A DNA stretch of 64,000 bases from Salisapilia sapeloensis CBS 127946. Lineage: Eukaryota > Protista > Oomycota. The notes beneath the pieces were generated by a model that saw nothing but the letters and a program-made list of their open reading frames with translations, was not told the origin of the DNA and did no database searches. The DNA is taken from assembly GCA_023334545.1 (NCBI GenBank), contig JAADVB010000069.1, forward strand, positions 1-64,000, in the 5' to 3' direction. Shown one piece after another: positions 1-12,371 of this stretch. The first letter of the stretch is position 1, and each line of letters starts with the position of its first letter. The translations under genes were made by a program, and so were the position numbers.

Positions 1-167
1 CGGTAGACGATCAAGTCGCGGACGATGTGGATGAGATCGAGAATCCGAGTGGCATCTCGATGTCTGGGGAATCCTCCGCAGTCTCTTCCGACGGCGATGA
101 AAATGCGACGCCTGCTACGACACCGACGGGAGATGCTGTTGCTGCTAGTAGTGTGAAGAGCTGGTGA
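1..167 (+). CDS. 3' end of an upstream gene (acidic, low-complexity C-terminus), partial
   Basis: Frame starting at nt 3 is open from the window edge: VDDQVADDVDEIENPSGISMSGESSAVSSDGDENATPATTPTGDAVAASSVKSW, TGA at 165-167. Composition is coding-like, but no family is recognisable. Confidence 0.45.
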   Translation, partial: VDDQVADDVDEIENPSGISMSGESSAVSSDGDENATPATTPTGDAVAASSVKSW

Positions 168-903
168 TTAGTTCCGTGTTGAGCTACGATTATATGCACA
201 ATGATACCAAGACTAGCGAAGACAGTGGTCATGAGTGTTGATGGAATACGATTCGTGAGCTCGCAATGTCAGCTTCTTCAATAGAGGTCGAACGAGCTAA
301 ATAGCCACTGCCGGTCTTGCTTAATTTGGATTTGATGATTTGATTGTGGCGTCGCTAACATTATCGATGAGTGGCAACTACAGCGACGTGATCCACACAA
401 TGAGGATACATATCATTCCCAGGCTACCATAGAGGTAGCAGACTTAGTTATTGATAATTCTGGCTGCCACTAGCGCGAATACGATTATGAGCATCTACGT
501 TCGATCGGATACTACCATCTCCAATGTGTTTTCATTGCAAGATCGAGTCTGTATAATTGCATCGTTCCATTATAAGTATGTGAATAGGCAACAGTAGAGT
601 ATGTTCGCATTGAGATCGTAGCAACACGCTTTTGGTTTCTAATAGCGTTCTTTGTCGAATTGCATGGAAGTCAAATGACAATTCTGAAGCATGGTGAAGC
701 AGCGTTGAAGTTGATGGCGAAATCACAAAAGCAGATGATGTCTTTTCGCCCAATCGCCCGTGATGCATCAAGTTTTTGTCCAATCTATCGCATCTTTTTG
801 ATCGCGTTGGACCAATCGAAAACAAAGAGGTGATGGATCGGATGACCACAAAACCCGACACGCTCGAAGGGGTAGAAGGCAGTCGTCCCAGCGCTTGATT
901 AAC

Positions 904-1933
904 ATGGAACGAAAGGACTCGAAAGAGATCGCGCAAGAGTCTGTTCAGAAGGGATTCTTCCCGTCGTTGCTGGTACATTGCTTGCGATGACCAAAATTAA
1001 CTTGTGTCATTGACCACTGTGATGCTCATAGGGAGGTGCTTCCGCTGGCACCCTCGTCGACGTCGCATTGTTCCCACTTGATACGCTGAAGACGCGTATG
1101 CAAGCAGCGGATGGCTTCTTCAAAGCTGGTGGGTTCCGTGGCATCTACCAAGGCCTCTCCGCTGCTGCTGCCGGCTCTGCTCCTGGAGGTTTGTCATCGT
1201 GTCACTTCGTGCCATGCAATGATACTCATATATGTCTACCACAGGAGCTCTATTTTTCAGTGCCTACGAGTCAGCTAAGAATGTGGTCGGTGTCGTTGCT
1301 CCAGACCACAAGCACTCACCCATAGTGCACATGGGGGCTGCTGCCTGCGGCGAGATGTCCGCTTGTTTGGCACGAACGCCGACGGAGATTGTCAAGCAGC
1401 GCCTGCAAACTGGCATGTACAGCTCTTTCCAGGAAGCTATCACGAGCATCCAAGCGCAGCAAGGTCTTCGAGGTTTCTACCGAGGGTACTGGAGCATGAT
1501 TGCACGTGAAATTCCGTTCTCCTTCATTCAGTTCCCGCTATGGGAAGGCCTCAAGGTACACCCTTGATGCATGATTGCTCATAACGAATACGTATACTGA
1601 TTATGCCGTGAATAGTACCAATGGGCTCGTCGTCAAAAGTCACCCGTGACAGCTTGGCAAGGCGCCGTGTGCGGTTCCATCGCCGGCGGCGTAGCTGCAT
1701 CAATCACGACGCCCTTGGACGTCGTCAAGACGCGACTGATGCTGAATGCCAAGGGTGGCAATGAGCCATACGCTGGCACGGTCAAGACCCTCCAGCGCGT
1801 GTATACCGAGGAAGGCGTTGCCCGATTATTCGCTGGCGTCGGACCTCGTACATTGTGGATCTCTATCGGCGGTTTCGTCTTCTTCGGCATCTACGAAAAA
1901 GCCACGAGCGTGTTTGAAGATGTACTCGGATAA
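904..1933 (+). CDS. SLC25A26: Mitochondrial carrier, S-adenosylmethionine transporter-like (SLC25A26/PET8); multi-exon
   Basis: ATG 904 (MERKDSKEIAQESVQKGFFPSLL), intron 973-1031, then GGASAGTLVDVALFPLDTLKTRMQ. Three carrier repeats PLDTLKTR / PTEIVKQR / PLDVVKTR. GFYRGY and FPLWEGLK are typical of SAM carriers. Confidence 0.88.
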
Positions 1934-2175
1934 TTCAAGGTCATAGAAACAGATAAATGGCATGTATCAATCTATACGATCCAACTCGGTAGATTGGATA
2001 GCGGTACTTTTGAAAAAAAAACTCGACTACCTTTACCCTGTCGATATGATGAGCTAATCGCGGTTGGAAATGCGACAACAAGCTATCGTCATCGGGTAGG
2101 ACAGCTGTATCTTCTAGAGTATTCTTCATGTCCCTACATATATGCAACGATCGTCGTCGAGGACCAAGCTATCGG

Positions 2176-2190
2176 TCATTTTCGAATCTG
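2176..2190 (+). promoter_or_regulatory. Inr/FPR-like core promoter of transaldolase
   Basis: TCATTTTCGAATCTG about 60 nt upstream of ATG 2239; partial match to the oomycete TCAYTY-n-WTTY element. Confidence 0.35.
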
Positions 2191-2238
2191 CGGCCTCGCG
2201 CTCAAGACATACAAAACACCACCTTCCGACTCGATTTC

Positions 2239-3237
2239 ATGAGTGAAGAAACTCCAGCAAAAAAAATGAAGGAAACCACGCAACTTGACCAATTGAAGGA
2301 GATGACCCAGGTCGTCGCGGACACTGGTGACTTCTCCTCCATCGCCAAGTACAAGCCGCAGGACGCCACCACGAACCCGTCCTTGCTCTTTAAGGCTGCT
2401 CAGATGGAGCAGTACGCCAGCCTCGTGGACGACGCCGTCCAGTTCGGCAAGTCTCTTGACGCCAACATGGACGAAAAGGAGCGTCTCGGACTTGTCATCG
2501 ACCGCATGTCCGTCAACTTTGGTCTCGAGATCCTTAAGATCGTGCCTGGATACGTCTCCACTGAAGTGGATGCGCGTCTCAGCTTTGACACTGAAGCCAC
2601 GGTCAAGCGTGCCCACCGCATCATTGAGATGTACGAGAAGGCCGGCGTCTCCAAGGACCGCATTCTCATCAAGATCGCTAGCACCTGGGAAGGTATCCAG
2701 GCCTGCCGTCAACTCGAAAAGGAAGGCATTACGTGTAACATGACGTTGCTCTTCGGTTTCGCCCAGGCTGTCGGCTGTGCCGAAGCCGACGCGACGCTTA
2801 TCTCGCCCTTCGTTGGTCGTATCTTGGACTGGCACAAGGCCAAGACGGGCAAGTCGAGCTACGAATCGTCGGAAGACCCGGGTGTCCTCTCCGTTACTAA
2901 GATCTACAACTACTACAAGAAGTTCGGCTACAAGACGATCGTCATGGGTGCCAGCTTCCGTAACTCTGGTGAAATCCTCGAATTGGCCGGCTGTGACCGT
3001 CTAACGATCTCCCCTGCCTTGTTGGACGAGCTAACCAAGTCGAACGAGGAAGTTTCGCGCAAGTTGGACGCTTCGAACGCCAAGTTCGACGGCGACAAGG
3101 TGTCTCTCGATGAACCTGCGTTCCGGTTGATGATGAACGAAGACGCGATGGCAACGGAGAAGCTTGCGGAAGGTATCCGTGGCTTCAGTGCCGACATCGT
3201 GAAGCTCGAGGAGATCATCAAGGGCAAGCTCAACTAG
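2239..3237 (+). CDS. TAL1: Transaldolase (intronless)
   Basis: [43 protein letters not shown] (Schiff-base Lys), [23 protein letters not shown]. Confidence 0.97.
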   Translation: MSEETPAKKMKETTQLDQLKEMTQVVADTGDFSSIAKYKPQDATTNPSLLFKAAQMEQYASLVDDAVQFGKSLDANMDEKERLGLVIDRMSVNFGLEILKIVPGYVSTEVDARLSFDTEATVKRAHRIIEMYEKAGVSKDRILIKIASTWEGIQACRQLEKEGITCNMTLLFGFAQAVGCAEADATLISPFVGRILDWHKAKTGKSSYESSEDPGVLSVTKIYNYYKKFGYKTIVMGASFRNSGEILELAGCDRLTISPALLDELTKSNEEVSRKLDASNAKFDGDKVSLDEPAFRLMMNEDAMATEKLAEGIRGFSADIVKLEEIIKGKLN

Positions 3238-3366
3238 ATTTCCTTCGTACATGACGAGGACATTTCAAGTGAACAAGGAGAAAATATTTTCTAAGACTCT
3301 TTTCTTTTTGTGTCTCTCTTTTTTCAACACTCGAACAACCAAATACCAGCACGACTAGCATTGACG

Positions 3367-5154
3367 ATGGAGACGGCGCGACGGAACTTTTCCATGAGCA
3401 GATGGATCAATGGGGCAGTGGCTCGGAGAGAGACTAGCTGGAAGGTGTCGAGCACACATACGCTAGAACTTCAGAGCTACTACGTAGCATCCGAGTCGGA
3501 GTCGGAGGCGGACTCGGACTTCGACGACCAACAGCTCCAAGATCTAGAGACCGAGTGGGCTCCCATTGAAGACGCATCGACCACCATTCGATCGGAGGAC
3601 TGCAATGTATGCTACATCTGCAGTGCCCCGAACCCCGACTACATGTCGACGGACGCCGTACCGCGAGCACCGCCAGTTCCCGTCTGCTCCGTCGCGTGTG
3701 AATCGGCCTACTTGGGACGCAAAGGCTATCATCCAGTGAAACCAAGTGCTTCTGGCTCGAAGAACAAGCCGAGCTGTTGTATGTGCAGTAAACCGGGTGC
3801 CAAGTACACTGCGATGGATGACGAGGGGAACAAATTAAAAGGCATATTCGTCTGTGGAGACGACTGCGAGGAAGAGTATTTAAATAAAGAAGTACGAAAG
3901 ACAAATGGGCAATCAAGAATGCAGGGCGGAAAGCTTCGTAAGCAACTGAGTGCTGTTGAAATGCACTTGATAACTGGAGGCAAGAGGAGATGGTGGACGG
4001 GAGCCTTAGCTTTCTATGAATTCGTCTATCAACGCCAGAGCATGTGGCAGTGCTACGCCATGGGCGACAACGACCCCAAAGTCGATCCGGCGCTTATCAA
4101 GTACTGGTTCGGAAACGTCTATCGTGAATTGGACCGTTCGACTGCGTATTTGCGTAAAACCTTTGTAAAGTACAAGGAGCGCTACGGCCGTTCGATGAGC
4201 TTAAAAGAAGCTCTTTGGACAGCCGTCGTCTTCCGTTTCTGCAATAAGATCGAAACTTTTGAAAAGGTGGCGATCCCATCTTCAGACAAGTTCCACTTGT
4301 TCCAGAAACGCCTGCAGCACATTGCTGAGAAACCGTCGTCAAATGACCTCTTCTCCGACGCGAGCGAAAGAGAACTCACAGTCACGTCATACCTCGAAGT
4401 CTTGCAGCGATTCCACTTTAATCTTGCGCACTACGCGGCGAAATTGGCCGAGGCCGAAGATACGTCTGAAGCATTCTCGTTGCTCCAGCAGCTCCCGTCT
4501 GCTGATGCTGCGGGTGGTACGGTGTCGAGTGGTCTCGGCTCCTTTACCTGTTGGCAAGTCGTTTGTGACCTCGTGGAGCTACACGTTTTGGATATCGAGA
4601 CGGAGAACTTTGTGTATTTAACGAAAGAAGCTCGCACGAGTCTCATTCGAATCTTTGGTCCCAAGCGTGCTTTCCCACAGGAGTTCGTGAAGCTCGCGCA
4701 CGTCTTGCAGAAACGACAGGAGCAAGGCTTTGCGCACTTGCACGTGGAGTTCCCAAAGTTACTTGGCGCTTCACTCAATCTAAAGAACATTGCTCATGCG
4801 CTCCACTTGTTCCACCACTTTTACGAGATTAAAAAAGTGGAGCGTAAGCGTCAGCAGAGTGCCAAGTTCGCTGCGAAAGATAAGAAAGGAATGGACGATA
4901 CGCGTCCAGCCTACGTCTCTCGATCTTTCATGCAAGATGATGAAGGGTGCGAAGTGTGTACGAGCGCAGAGCAAGAAGACAAGATGGTGTTATGTGACTT
5001 GTGCTACCGAGGATTCCACTTTTGGTGTGCCAACTTGTCTGGCTTGCCGCCAGCCAGTTGGATTTGTAGCACGTGCCTCAAGATGGAGACGGAGGAAAAG
5101 GAGGAAATGGAAGACGTCGACATGGAAGGGGACGACGTGATCGTGGTCGAATAA
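3367..5154 (+). CDS. Chromatin protein: two Cys4 (MYM/TRASH-like) fingers + aGPT-Pplase1/5-hmdU-kinase-helical-type domain + C-terminal PHD finger
   Basis: Intronless ORF. CYIC...CSVAC and CCMC...CGDDC fingers. Core motifs FYEFVYQRQSMW, DPALIKYWFGNVYRELDRST, VVFRFCNKIETF and GLGSFTCWQVVCDL. PHD CEVC...CDLC...HFWC...CSTC (C4HC3). Confidence 0.75.
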   Translation: METARRNFSMSRWINGAVARRETSWKVSSTHTLELQSYYVASESESEADSDFDDQQLQDLETEWAPIEDASTTIRSEDCNVCYICSAPNPDYMSTDAVPRAPPVPVCSVACESAYLGRKGYHPVKPSASGSKNKPSCCMCSKPGAKYTAMDDEGNKLKGIFVCGDDCEEEYLNKEVRKTNGQSRMQGGKLRKQLSAVEMHLITGGKRRWWTGALAFYEFVYQRQSMWQCYAMGDNDPKVDPALIKYWFGNVYRELDRSTAYLRKTFVKYKERYGRSMSLKEALWTAVVFRFCNKIETFEKVAIPSSDKFHLFQKRLQHIAEKPSSNDLFSDASERELTVTSYLEVLQRFHFNLAHYAAKLAEAEDTSEAFSLLQQLPSADAAGGTVSSGLGSFTCWQVVCDLVELHVLDIETENFVYLTKEARTSLIRIFGPKRAFPQEFVKLAHVLQKRQEQGFAHLHVEFPKLLGASLNLKNIAHALHLFHHFYEIKKVERKRQQSAKFAAKDKKGMDDTRPAYVSRSFMQDDEGCEVCTSAEQEDKMVLCDLCYRGFHFWCANLSGLPPASWICSTCLKMETEEKEEMEDVDMEGDDVIVVE

Positions 5155-5198
5155 ACAATTGCGTTTTGATTAATTGAAATGTATTGTTGCTTGACATG

Positions 5199-8100
5199 CT
5201 AAAGAGAGACGTTGATTTCGGCTTGGAGGAACGAATCGCCTGGTACACGAGCGAGGATGTTGCTGAAAGGATCTGCTGGTGGAGCGTACATCTCAAACGT
5301 AACAGCGGAAGTCGTAATTTTACTCAAATCCAAACGGAAGAACGTCCAGCAACCAACATCCACCTTTTCCGTCACTGGATTCTTATGGCGTAGCTCCATC
5401 ACAGCCATGCATCCTACATCACATCATTAGCTCTTTTACTAGTGAAGAATCAACGAGCATTGTTACCATCACGAAGGTGTTCAAGAGGGAATTGGAGGTG
5501 CCACGTATTGCCAAACCACCAAAAGTTACCACCAGACTGGATCAAAGAGTTTGGTGTCTCTTGTGGAGAGTCGACCGTCTTGCCCTGTACATCCATGATG
5601 TACATGCGGAAGAAGGGTGTCTGCATAAGCGGACCTGTCGCCATCGCCACTGCACCAAAGAATACAGATACATATGTGCTTGCCTGGACACGATCCACAG
5701 GGTGGGAAAGCAATGCCAATCGATCCTTGTCCGTCGCCTTAGTAGCCGTCGGATCAAGAATCTCCGCCATCTCTTCCTTATCCTCTTCATCCGCCACATC
5801 AACTGGCATCTGTCCTTTTAAATTCAACAAGGTAGAGTCTGCACCACGCTTCATCAGCGTCTCCACGAGATCGAATCGACTCAATTCCACCGCAAAATGG
5901 AGTGCCGTATCTCCATTCATATCCGCAGCATTCACATCTGCTCCGTTTTCAATGAGCCAAACACATACCTTTGCAGCCTCGAGACCTTCATCCTCATCAT
6001 TTTGCACCACAAGATGCAGACCGGTGAAACCTGCGCGGTTCTTTAAGTTTACGTACTCGTTCCGTAGTGCCATGTCGACGCAGATCATGCCTTGGAAAGG
6101 TGGCGCAGACGTCGCGATACGCACACCGCGCGCCCGACGGATCGCACTCATCCATTCATGCACTTCCCACTCGCTCGCTGCAACCATACTCAGCACGCCA
6201 TCTCGATTCTTGGCGCTCTTGAGTCTCGGCGACTGCACTTCAAAGCACAGCTCTTGATGCGACAGACGTCGAAGCGTAGCGTCACACAACTCGACCATGG
6301 CTTGAGGAATGATGTCGTCCTCACTCTTGAAGAGAGCGAGACACGCCTCGTCAGCCGTGACGTATCGCTTCACAGCCCACTTGGACCCGGCAGCGACCTT
6401 CAAATAACCTTTCTTGAAGATCTCCAACTCCATCGTCGATGGCAGGACAGACGGTATCGTTCCGAGGGAAACGCGCTTCGTTTGCGCCGGAGTCTTTGTC
6501 ACGAGACTTCGACGCGTCTTCTTCTTCGTAGCACGACTAGTTTGCTTGTCAAAGGTGGAGGTCGCAGTTGCCATGGATTCACCACGAAGACGAGACACCA
6601 TCTTCTGAGACGACGACGCTGTGCTGATACTTGAGGACGATCGGAGATTGTGCATCTCATCTGTGTTGTTACTACTGTTGCTGACGCTTCGACCTCGTGT
6701 GTACGCCGAGAACTCACTAGTGCTGTCGTCAAGCGAAGGGAGACTCATGCCACTAGCGCTTTGCGCGTGACTGTTCTCGTTCGCTACTTTCGCCAATAGA
6801 CGCAGCATGTCCAAGTGAGCGAGGCGACTAGCGTAGTGGAGAGGCGTGCTTCCGGCAGCGTCTTTGCCATACACGAGATCCTCCATGCCTGGATGCTCTT
6901 CCAGCACAAAGCGAGCGAGGTTTAAGTCGCCATTCTTGGCGGCAACGTGTGCTAGACTCATCATATCGTGCTGACGATCACGCACTCGTAAGAGTCCAGG
7001 CACTTCCTGTGTCAAGCGCAGGACGGTCGTGAGGTCGAACGAGTCAGCAGCTTCAAAGAGCTGCTTAGATTTATTCCGAAGACGTATGCGCGAGAGGAAG
7101 ACACGCATGACACCCACGACACTCGCAACAGCTCGACGTCGCTTCGCCGTCTCCTTGAGTCCCTGCCGTTTACGGAACAAGCTCTGGACGGTCAAGACGT
7201 GCTTTACGCTCTTCTTGTACCGCTTACGCTGCTGATGCATGCGGACAGTGGCTTGCATACGAAGAATACCTCGACGACTACGTGCGTAGTGCTTTCGAGC
7301 AAAGTGGTTACGAACAGTTGTCTGAAGGATCCGGACAGAACTCTGCATCTCAAGGTACTTGGCATGAGAAGATGCCATACGGACGGTAGCTTGGAGTCTC
7401 AAGACACCAGTCTTTGCTTTCTTGTACCTCGTTGCGTCTCGATGGCATCTCCATAACGACTGGAGCAGCGTCACATTTCGATCTCTCTTGGTGAATCGAC
7501 GACGGTGGATCTGCATACGCCAAAGAGATTGGACTAGGACAATATCCTTCTTTTCTTTCAAGTACCGACATCGATAGACGACCATCTTCCCAAACGCAGC
7601 GATACGTGTCGCCATCTTACGTTCCTTAAGATACTTTCTTCGAAGCAATGATCGACGGACCATGGCTTGAGAAGCAATCGTTGCTTCTCGTCCTTTCAAG
7701 TACTCTGTCCGGACCCAATTCGCTCGAATACGAGCTTGTACCAGCGTAATGTGTCGAATCGACTTGTCTTTAAGTCTTCTCGCTAGGAAACCACGTACGA
7801 TGCGACTAATTTGTATTTGCGCCTTGATCTGTTCGACAGCACGCATACGCGCCTTCTTTCCGTACTTTTGTCGGGCGTTGAAGCCTCGTCCCATGGCATG
7901 CAAGAGGATGGCAGCACTCTTCATACGGATGTATCGACGCTGGAGAAAGTGTGCCTTGTAGTGCGCCTGGATGAGACAAGCTGCGGCGCGTTGTTTGAGG
8001 AAAAGCTGACGCTGGCGACGCATGCCTTGGGCATTTGCAATGACCGACGCAGCGCGCTTCTTCTTCAAGAATGCTTTACGAGCGAGGTAGCATCGGACTT

Positions 8101-10783
8101 GCGCGTTGATCTTGGTCGCTGCTTTCGGTGCTTCTCGAAGGTACTTAACATGTCGACGAGCAACATTGCCACGAACATGCGATTGGATCACGATCGCAGC
8201 GTTTCGATAGCGAAGGTACTGCTTCCGTTGCAGATACATGCGTACAAGAGCTTGGAGCCGGATGATTTGCTTCTTCATGGCGACAAACTTAGCTCGAGCA
8301 AAGTGCATGCGGACACAAGCTTGGATACGTATCGCCTGACGACGCATCATTAAAAACTTCTTCCGCTGCTGTCGCCCTCGTACACACTTTTGAATCTGCG
8401 TCGCAGCTTTTCCAGTGATCTTCCGTACTTCATTATCCAATCCGCGCAACGTACTGTCGCGTAAAAAGACTTTACGATGTCCGAGCTGCCAACTATCTCG
8501 ACTCAAGTGCGTCTCTAAGATGACTTGACAAAAGTCTTTATCCTCCATCTGCGATCGTTTATCTGCACTGATCTTGGCGTTCCGAGTGAGGATCTCGTAC
8601 TTTTCATGGAACTCCTCAAACGTCCGACGGACAGGATAACCTGATCTACGAATGCGCACGGTTTCCATGACACCGAGGTAGATCAATTGATTCAAAATTA
8701 ACTCGGCGTTCCAGCCTTGCGGAAAACGCAGGTTGTTCGGTTTGACGCATCGGACAAACCACGGAGAAGTTGCTCGTAGCTCTTGCATCAAGTTCTGCAT
8801 TTGGTCTCGGAATTTACGACCGACAGTGCTCGTACCAGTCATCTTATTACCTCCAGCTTTACGAATCGGCTGTCTTGGATTACTCTTTGCTTCTCCTCCA
8901 GGTGCCGAGTACAGTTTCTTCAGGAACGTGCATTGGGTGCTGTCCATCAAGGACACTAGGTCATTATGTAGCGAATCGTCGTTTTTCTCCAAGAAACCTG
9001 TCACCGCATACGTGACTTCACCGGCGTAATGCAAAATAGTAAACTGGTCGTTGGCGAAGCGAGGTTTCACGTAGTACGCCTGTGGTGTCCCTGGCTCTGC
9101 TTTGCCAGGAGGAGCATGCGTCTGATGAAGCTTCTTAATAAAGTTCTCGTCACTTGCTCGACGGCCAAGCATCGCTTGTTCATCCAAGAGTGGGAGGATA
9201 CCCAGTGGTTTCTTATCAATCAACTCCAAACAAGGTCCATTGTCTTGAAACTGAAGACGAGAAAAGTCGATGCCTTCTTCCACATAAATCTCCTGTTCAT
9301 GCACAAAAACGTGCTGGTTGAATTGCTGCTGAAGCATTTCGTTCGTGTAGTTGATACAAAGCTGCTCGAAAGAGTTCGTTTGGAGAGACTCAAAGCCAAA
9401 GATGTCCAAGATACCGATAAACTTGTCAGCAGCTCCAGTGGAGGAAGATGACCCGACATTTTTCGTACTCTTGTTGATCTGACTAACGAGCCAGTCGAAG
9501 AGCTTGCTGAAGATGTCTTTCGCAAGACCATTACGGGACTTCATGGACTCTTCTGCCGACAATGCGATTTCGGCAACAGAGCCTCTCGCACCAGCAGACA
9601 TCGTACGCTTCGTCAGTGCGAACTCCAGCTCCGACTGTGTCACTTGAAGCAACGACGCGAGGTTGGTCACGTCTTCCGGTTGAGTTAATTGAGACTCGAG
9701 CTTGTCATTCTCTGCGAACTCGAGGTTGCCTAGATGGAGGACACAAGCAACGAGCGTGAAGATGGTTTTACGAAGTTCATCTGAAATGCCAATGGTCGTC
9801 ATGGCCGTCACGAGTTCCTTGAAATCTTTCTTGTCATTAATCTCCGGTACTTGGATGCAGTCTCCTTGGTTCAAATAGTAATAGTCCTTGGCTTTCGCCA
9901 GCTTCAATTCAGCCTTCTCTTCCTTACTCAAACCAGAACAGAGTTGATAGAAGACGTGGTAGTTGCGTTCGTTTTCACCACATCCTACGATACGACTCTT
10001 TTCCAGCAAGAAATGACTTGTCGTGGCACCTGAGATGGTTCCTTCCCGGTCGTAGTAGATTTTAATAAATTTACCAAATCGACTACTATTGTCATTTCGA
10101 ATCGTCTTGGCATTTCCGAAAGATTCGAGCACCGGATTACTCTGCAAGACGCATTGCTCGACGGAAGATCCGCTCGGAGAGTCTTCGTCACTGTCGTCAC
10201 TCGCATCTTCCTCCGGTTCCGCTGGAGTTTCATTCTCCGGGGATTTCTTCCATATCTCACTGATATTCGCCAAGTAGCGCATAATGTATTTGGAAGCTTC
10301 CGTCTTTCCGGCACCAGATTCGCCGGACACGAGTACAGACTGACACTTGCCATCCTTTTGCATCGCAGTATAAGCACCATGTGCAGTGGAATAGACGTGT
10401 GGCTTATTCTCTTCTAACTTGCCAAAGTTATCCAGCTCAGGAAAGTTATACAGCATCGGAATGTTCTTGTACGGATTAATGGAAATCAAGATGTCTCCCG
10501 TGTACGTGTAGATCTTGTCTTCCAAGTACCTACGACGAAGCAAATCGAGTAAAGGGGCTTGGTGCAAGTTGTCCATTTCCGAGATATTGTCCAAGTCCAT
10601 CTCGTGCGTTGGATCGAAAGGGTGCACTTCTTCCACCGTAAACTGCTGCTCCCCGTCCGACTCGGGCGTCACGACATGAAGCTTCTCACCGTCATCTTCG
10701 ACGACAGTTCCCAATTGCCATACGTGCTTCGTATCAGGACACCAGACCTTCTCGCCTTCTCGTCGAGGTACGCGAGTAGCCAT
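5199..10783 (-). CDS. Unconventional myosin: motor + ~19 IQ-like repeats + ankyrin repeats + PH + ankyrin + C2(Aida)-like tail
   Basis: GESGAGKTE P-loop, NAKTIRNDNSSRFGKF, GILDIFGFE, FVRCVKPN. IQ array ~7080-8410. Ankyrin motifs GSTPLHYA and GDTALHFA. PH KKGYLKV...EVHEWMSAI. One short intron near 5410-5465, then last exon MAVMELRHKNP...FLQAEINVSL. Confidence 0.93.
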
Positions 10784-10960
10784 GCTTCACGAAGGAGATA
10801 CAGGAATGAGGATGGAGGCTGTCCGAGAGGCTCGAATGATACGAAGCTAGGTGTGCGATGGGTTCACTCTTGTACCCAATCACACGAGTGAAAGACAATT
10901 TTGACAGTATCCGATTGGTAGAAATTGTACTGGACAACAAAAATCGGACACGAATTAACA

Positions 10961-12334
10961 ATGAGCTCCAAGGGTATCTCGGACCGACTTGTTGGACCTT
11001 TTTCATGGGAAGATGATGAGCGTGCAACGGATTTAAAGTACAGGATGCTATTGGCAAAAACAGAGAATGTATACACGTCGAATTTGGTTGCAAAAGTCAA
11101 TGTACCGAGCCGGTATGTAGCTCCATTGGTCCGCAAGGCATTTGCATCTCATCCAGCGTTCTATGAAACTATCGGTCGGAAAGACAAGACCACCAAATAT
11201 AACCTAGTGGTACGTATATGATCTAATGATGCTTTTATTCAAGTCAATGTATCTCTAAACTTTATCAAATAGTGGGATGAGTACGAGAATCTCGACTGGC
11301 AGGCAGTGCTCAATGGTTCTGTCATAGCCAACTCCTACTGTGTACGTAAAGGTCTTTCTCGAAAGGCTCAGCTAGCGCTATACCTCAGCAAGCACATGCA
11401 GAAGAAACCTGCTTCCATCTTGACCAAGTCGTTTCCTAAGACGCTTATAATCGACACGTGGGAAGCATACGATTCTTCTCTCGCAGCGCTAGGCATCCCG
11501 TTCCGGCAGAGACTAGACTCATGCTTGTGGGAAGCCAAGGAGAAAATCGAAACTGATCCGACTCAAATGTGGATTCTCAAGCCTAGCGCTACAAACAAGG
11601 GCGCCGAAGTATGCGTGTTGAATACATTCAAGGAGCTTCGATCATTTATCCATGAATGGACGGACATTCGAGAATGGGTTCTTCAAGCATACATCTCCAA
11701 GCCACTACTACTGCAAAATAAGCGCAAGTTCCATCTGCGTGTTTACGTACTTGCTGTTGGCTGTCTTAAAGTATACATCAGCACCAACGTGCTCATGCTG
11801 AGCGCGTTGGAAGCCTATGATACGGAAAATTATGCCAACAAGTTTGCTCACGTATCCAACACTTTCCAACAGCAAAGCCATCCGGACTTTGTAGAGGAAG
11901 AGTGCGTACTTCTACTCGATGACCTCAATGAGACGCTACGTGAGTGTGGCCACGACCCTTCCACCGCCAAGGCGAAGATCTTGGACGACATTGGCCTCAT
12001 CGTTCATGACTCGTTCGAGGCACTCAAGGGAGAGTTCTCGGTCTTCCAGCCTCTTCCAAACTGCTTTGAGGTGTATGGAGTGGATTTTATGATCGACGAA
12101 GACATCAACACGTGGCTTCTGGAGTTCAATCCAGGCCCGGACTTTAAGCAGACTGGTGGGAGACTCCAGGGCGTGATCGAGTGCTTGATGAAAGACACGC
12201 TGAGTATCGTCACCGATCACTTCTTCCGACAGGATGGGCAGCAAGTAGAGAGCGCAGGTGCTTATCGTAAAGTGTACGACGAGCAGTGGGGTGCTCAAGC
12301 GAAAGAAGGCGCTTCAATGAAGTTGCTAGATTAA
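10961..12334 (+). CDS. Tubulin-tyrosine ligase (ATP-grasp) family protein, Pby1-like
   Basis: WDEYENLDW, ANSYCVRKGLSRKAQL, WILKPSATNKG, RKFHLRVYVL, FEVYGVDFMID, WLLEFNPGPDF. One intron at about 11214-11272. Confidence 0.88.
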
Positions 12335-12371
12335 CTTCAAATACAGTTTTGACGATTGAAAGAGACTTGTA

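Noticed and set aside
532-978. 148-aa minus ORF upstream of the SAM carrier
   Set aside because: Overlaps carrier exon 1 and begins with a non-ATG codon; no recognisable homology.
2128-2238. 37-aa Arg-rich N-terminal extension of the transaldolase ORF, resembling a mitochondrial presequence
   Set aside because: An Inr-like TCATTTT at 2176 lies inside it, so transcription probably starts downstream of ATG 2128. MSEETPAKK at 2239 fits the usual start. Not fully excluded without TSS data.
2176-3252. Long antisense and alternate-frame ORFs over transaldolase (up to 219 aa)
   Set aside because: Expected shadow of strong GC3 codon bias in a highly expressed gene; no recognisable domain.
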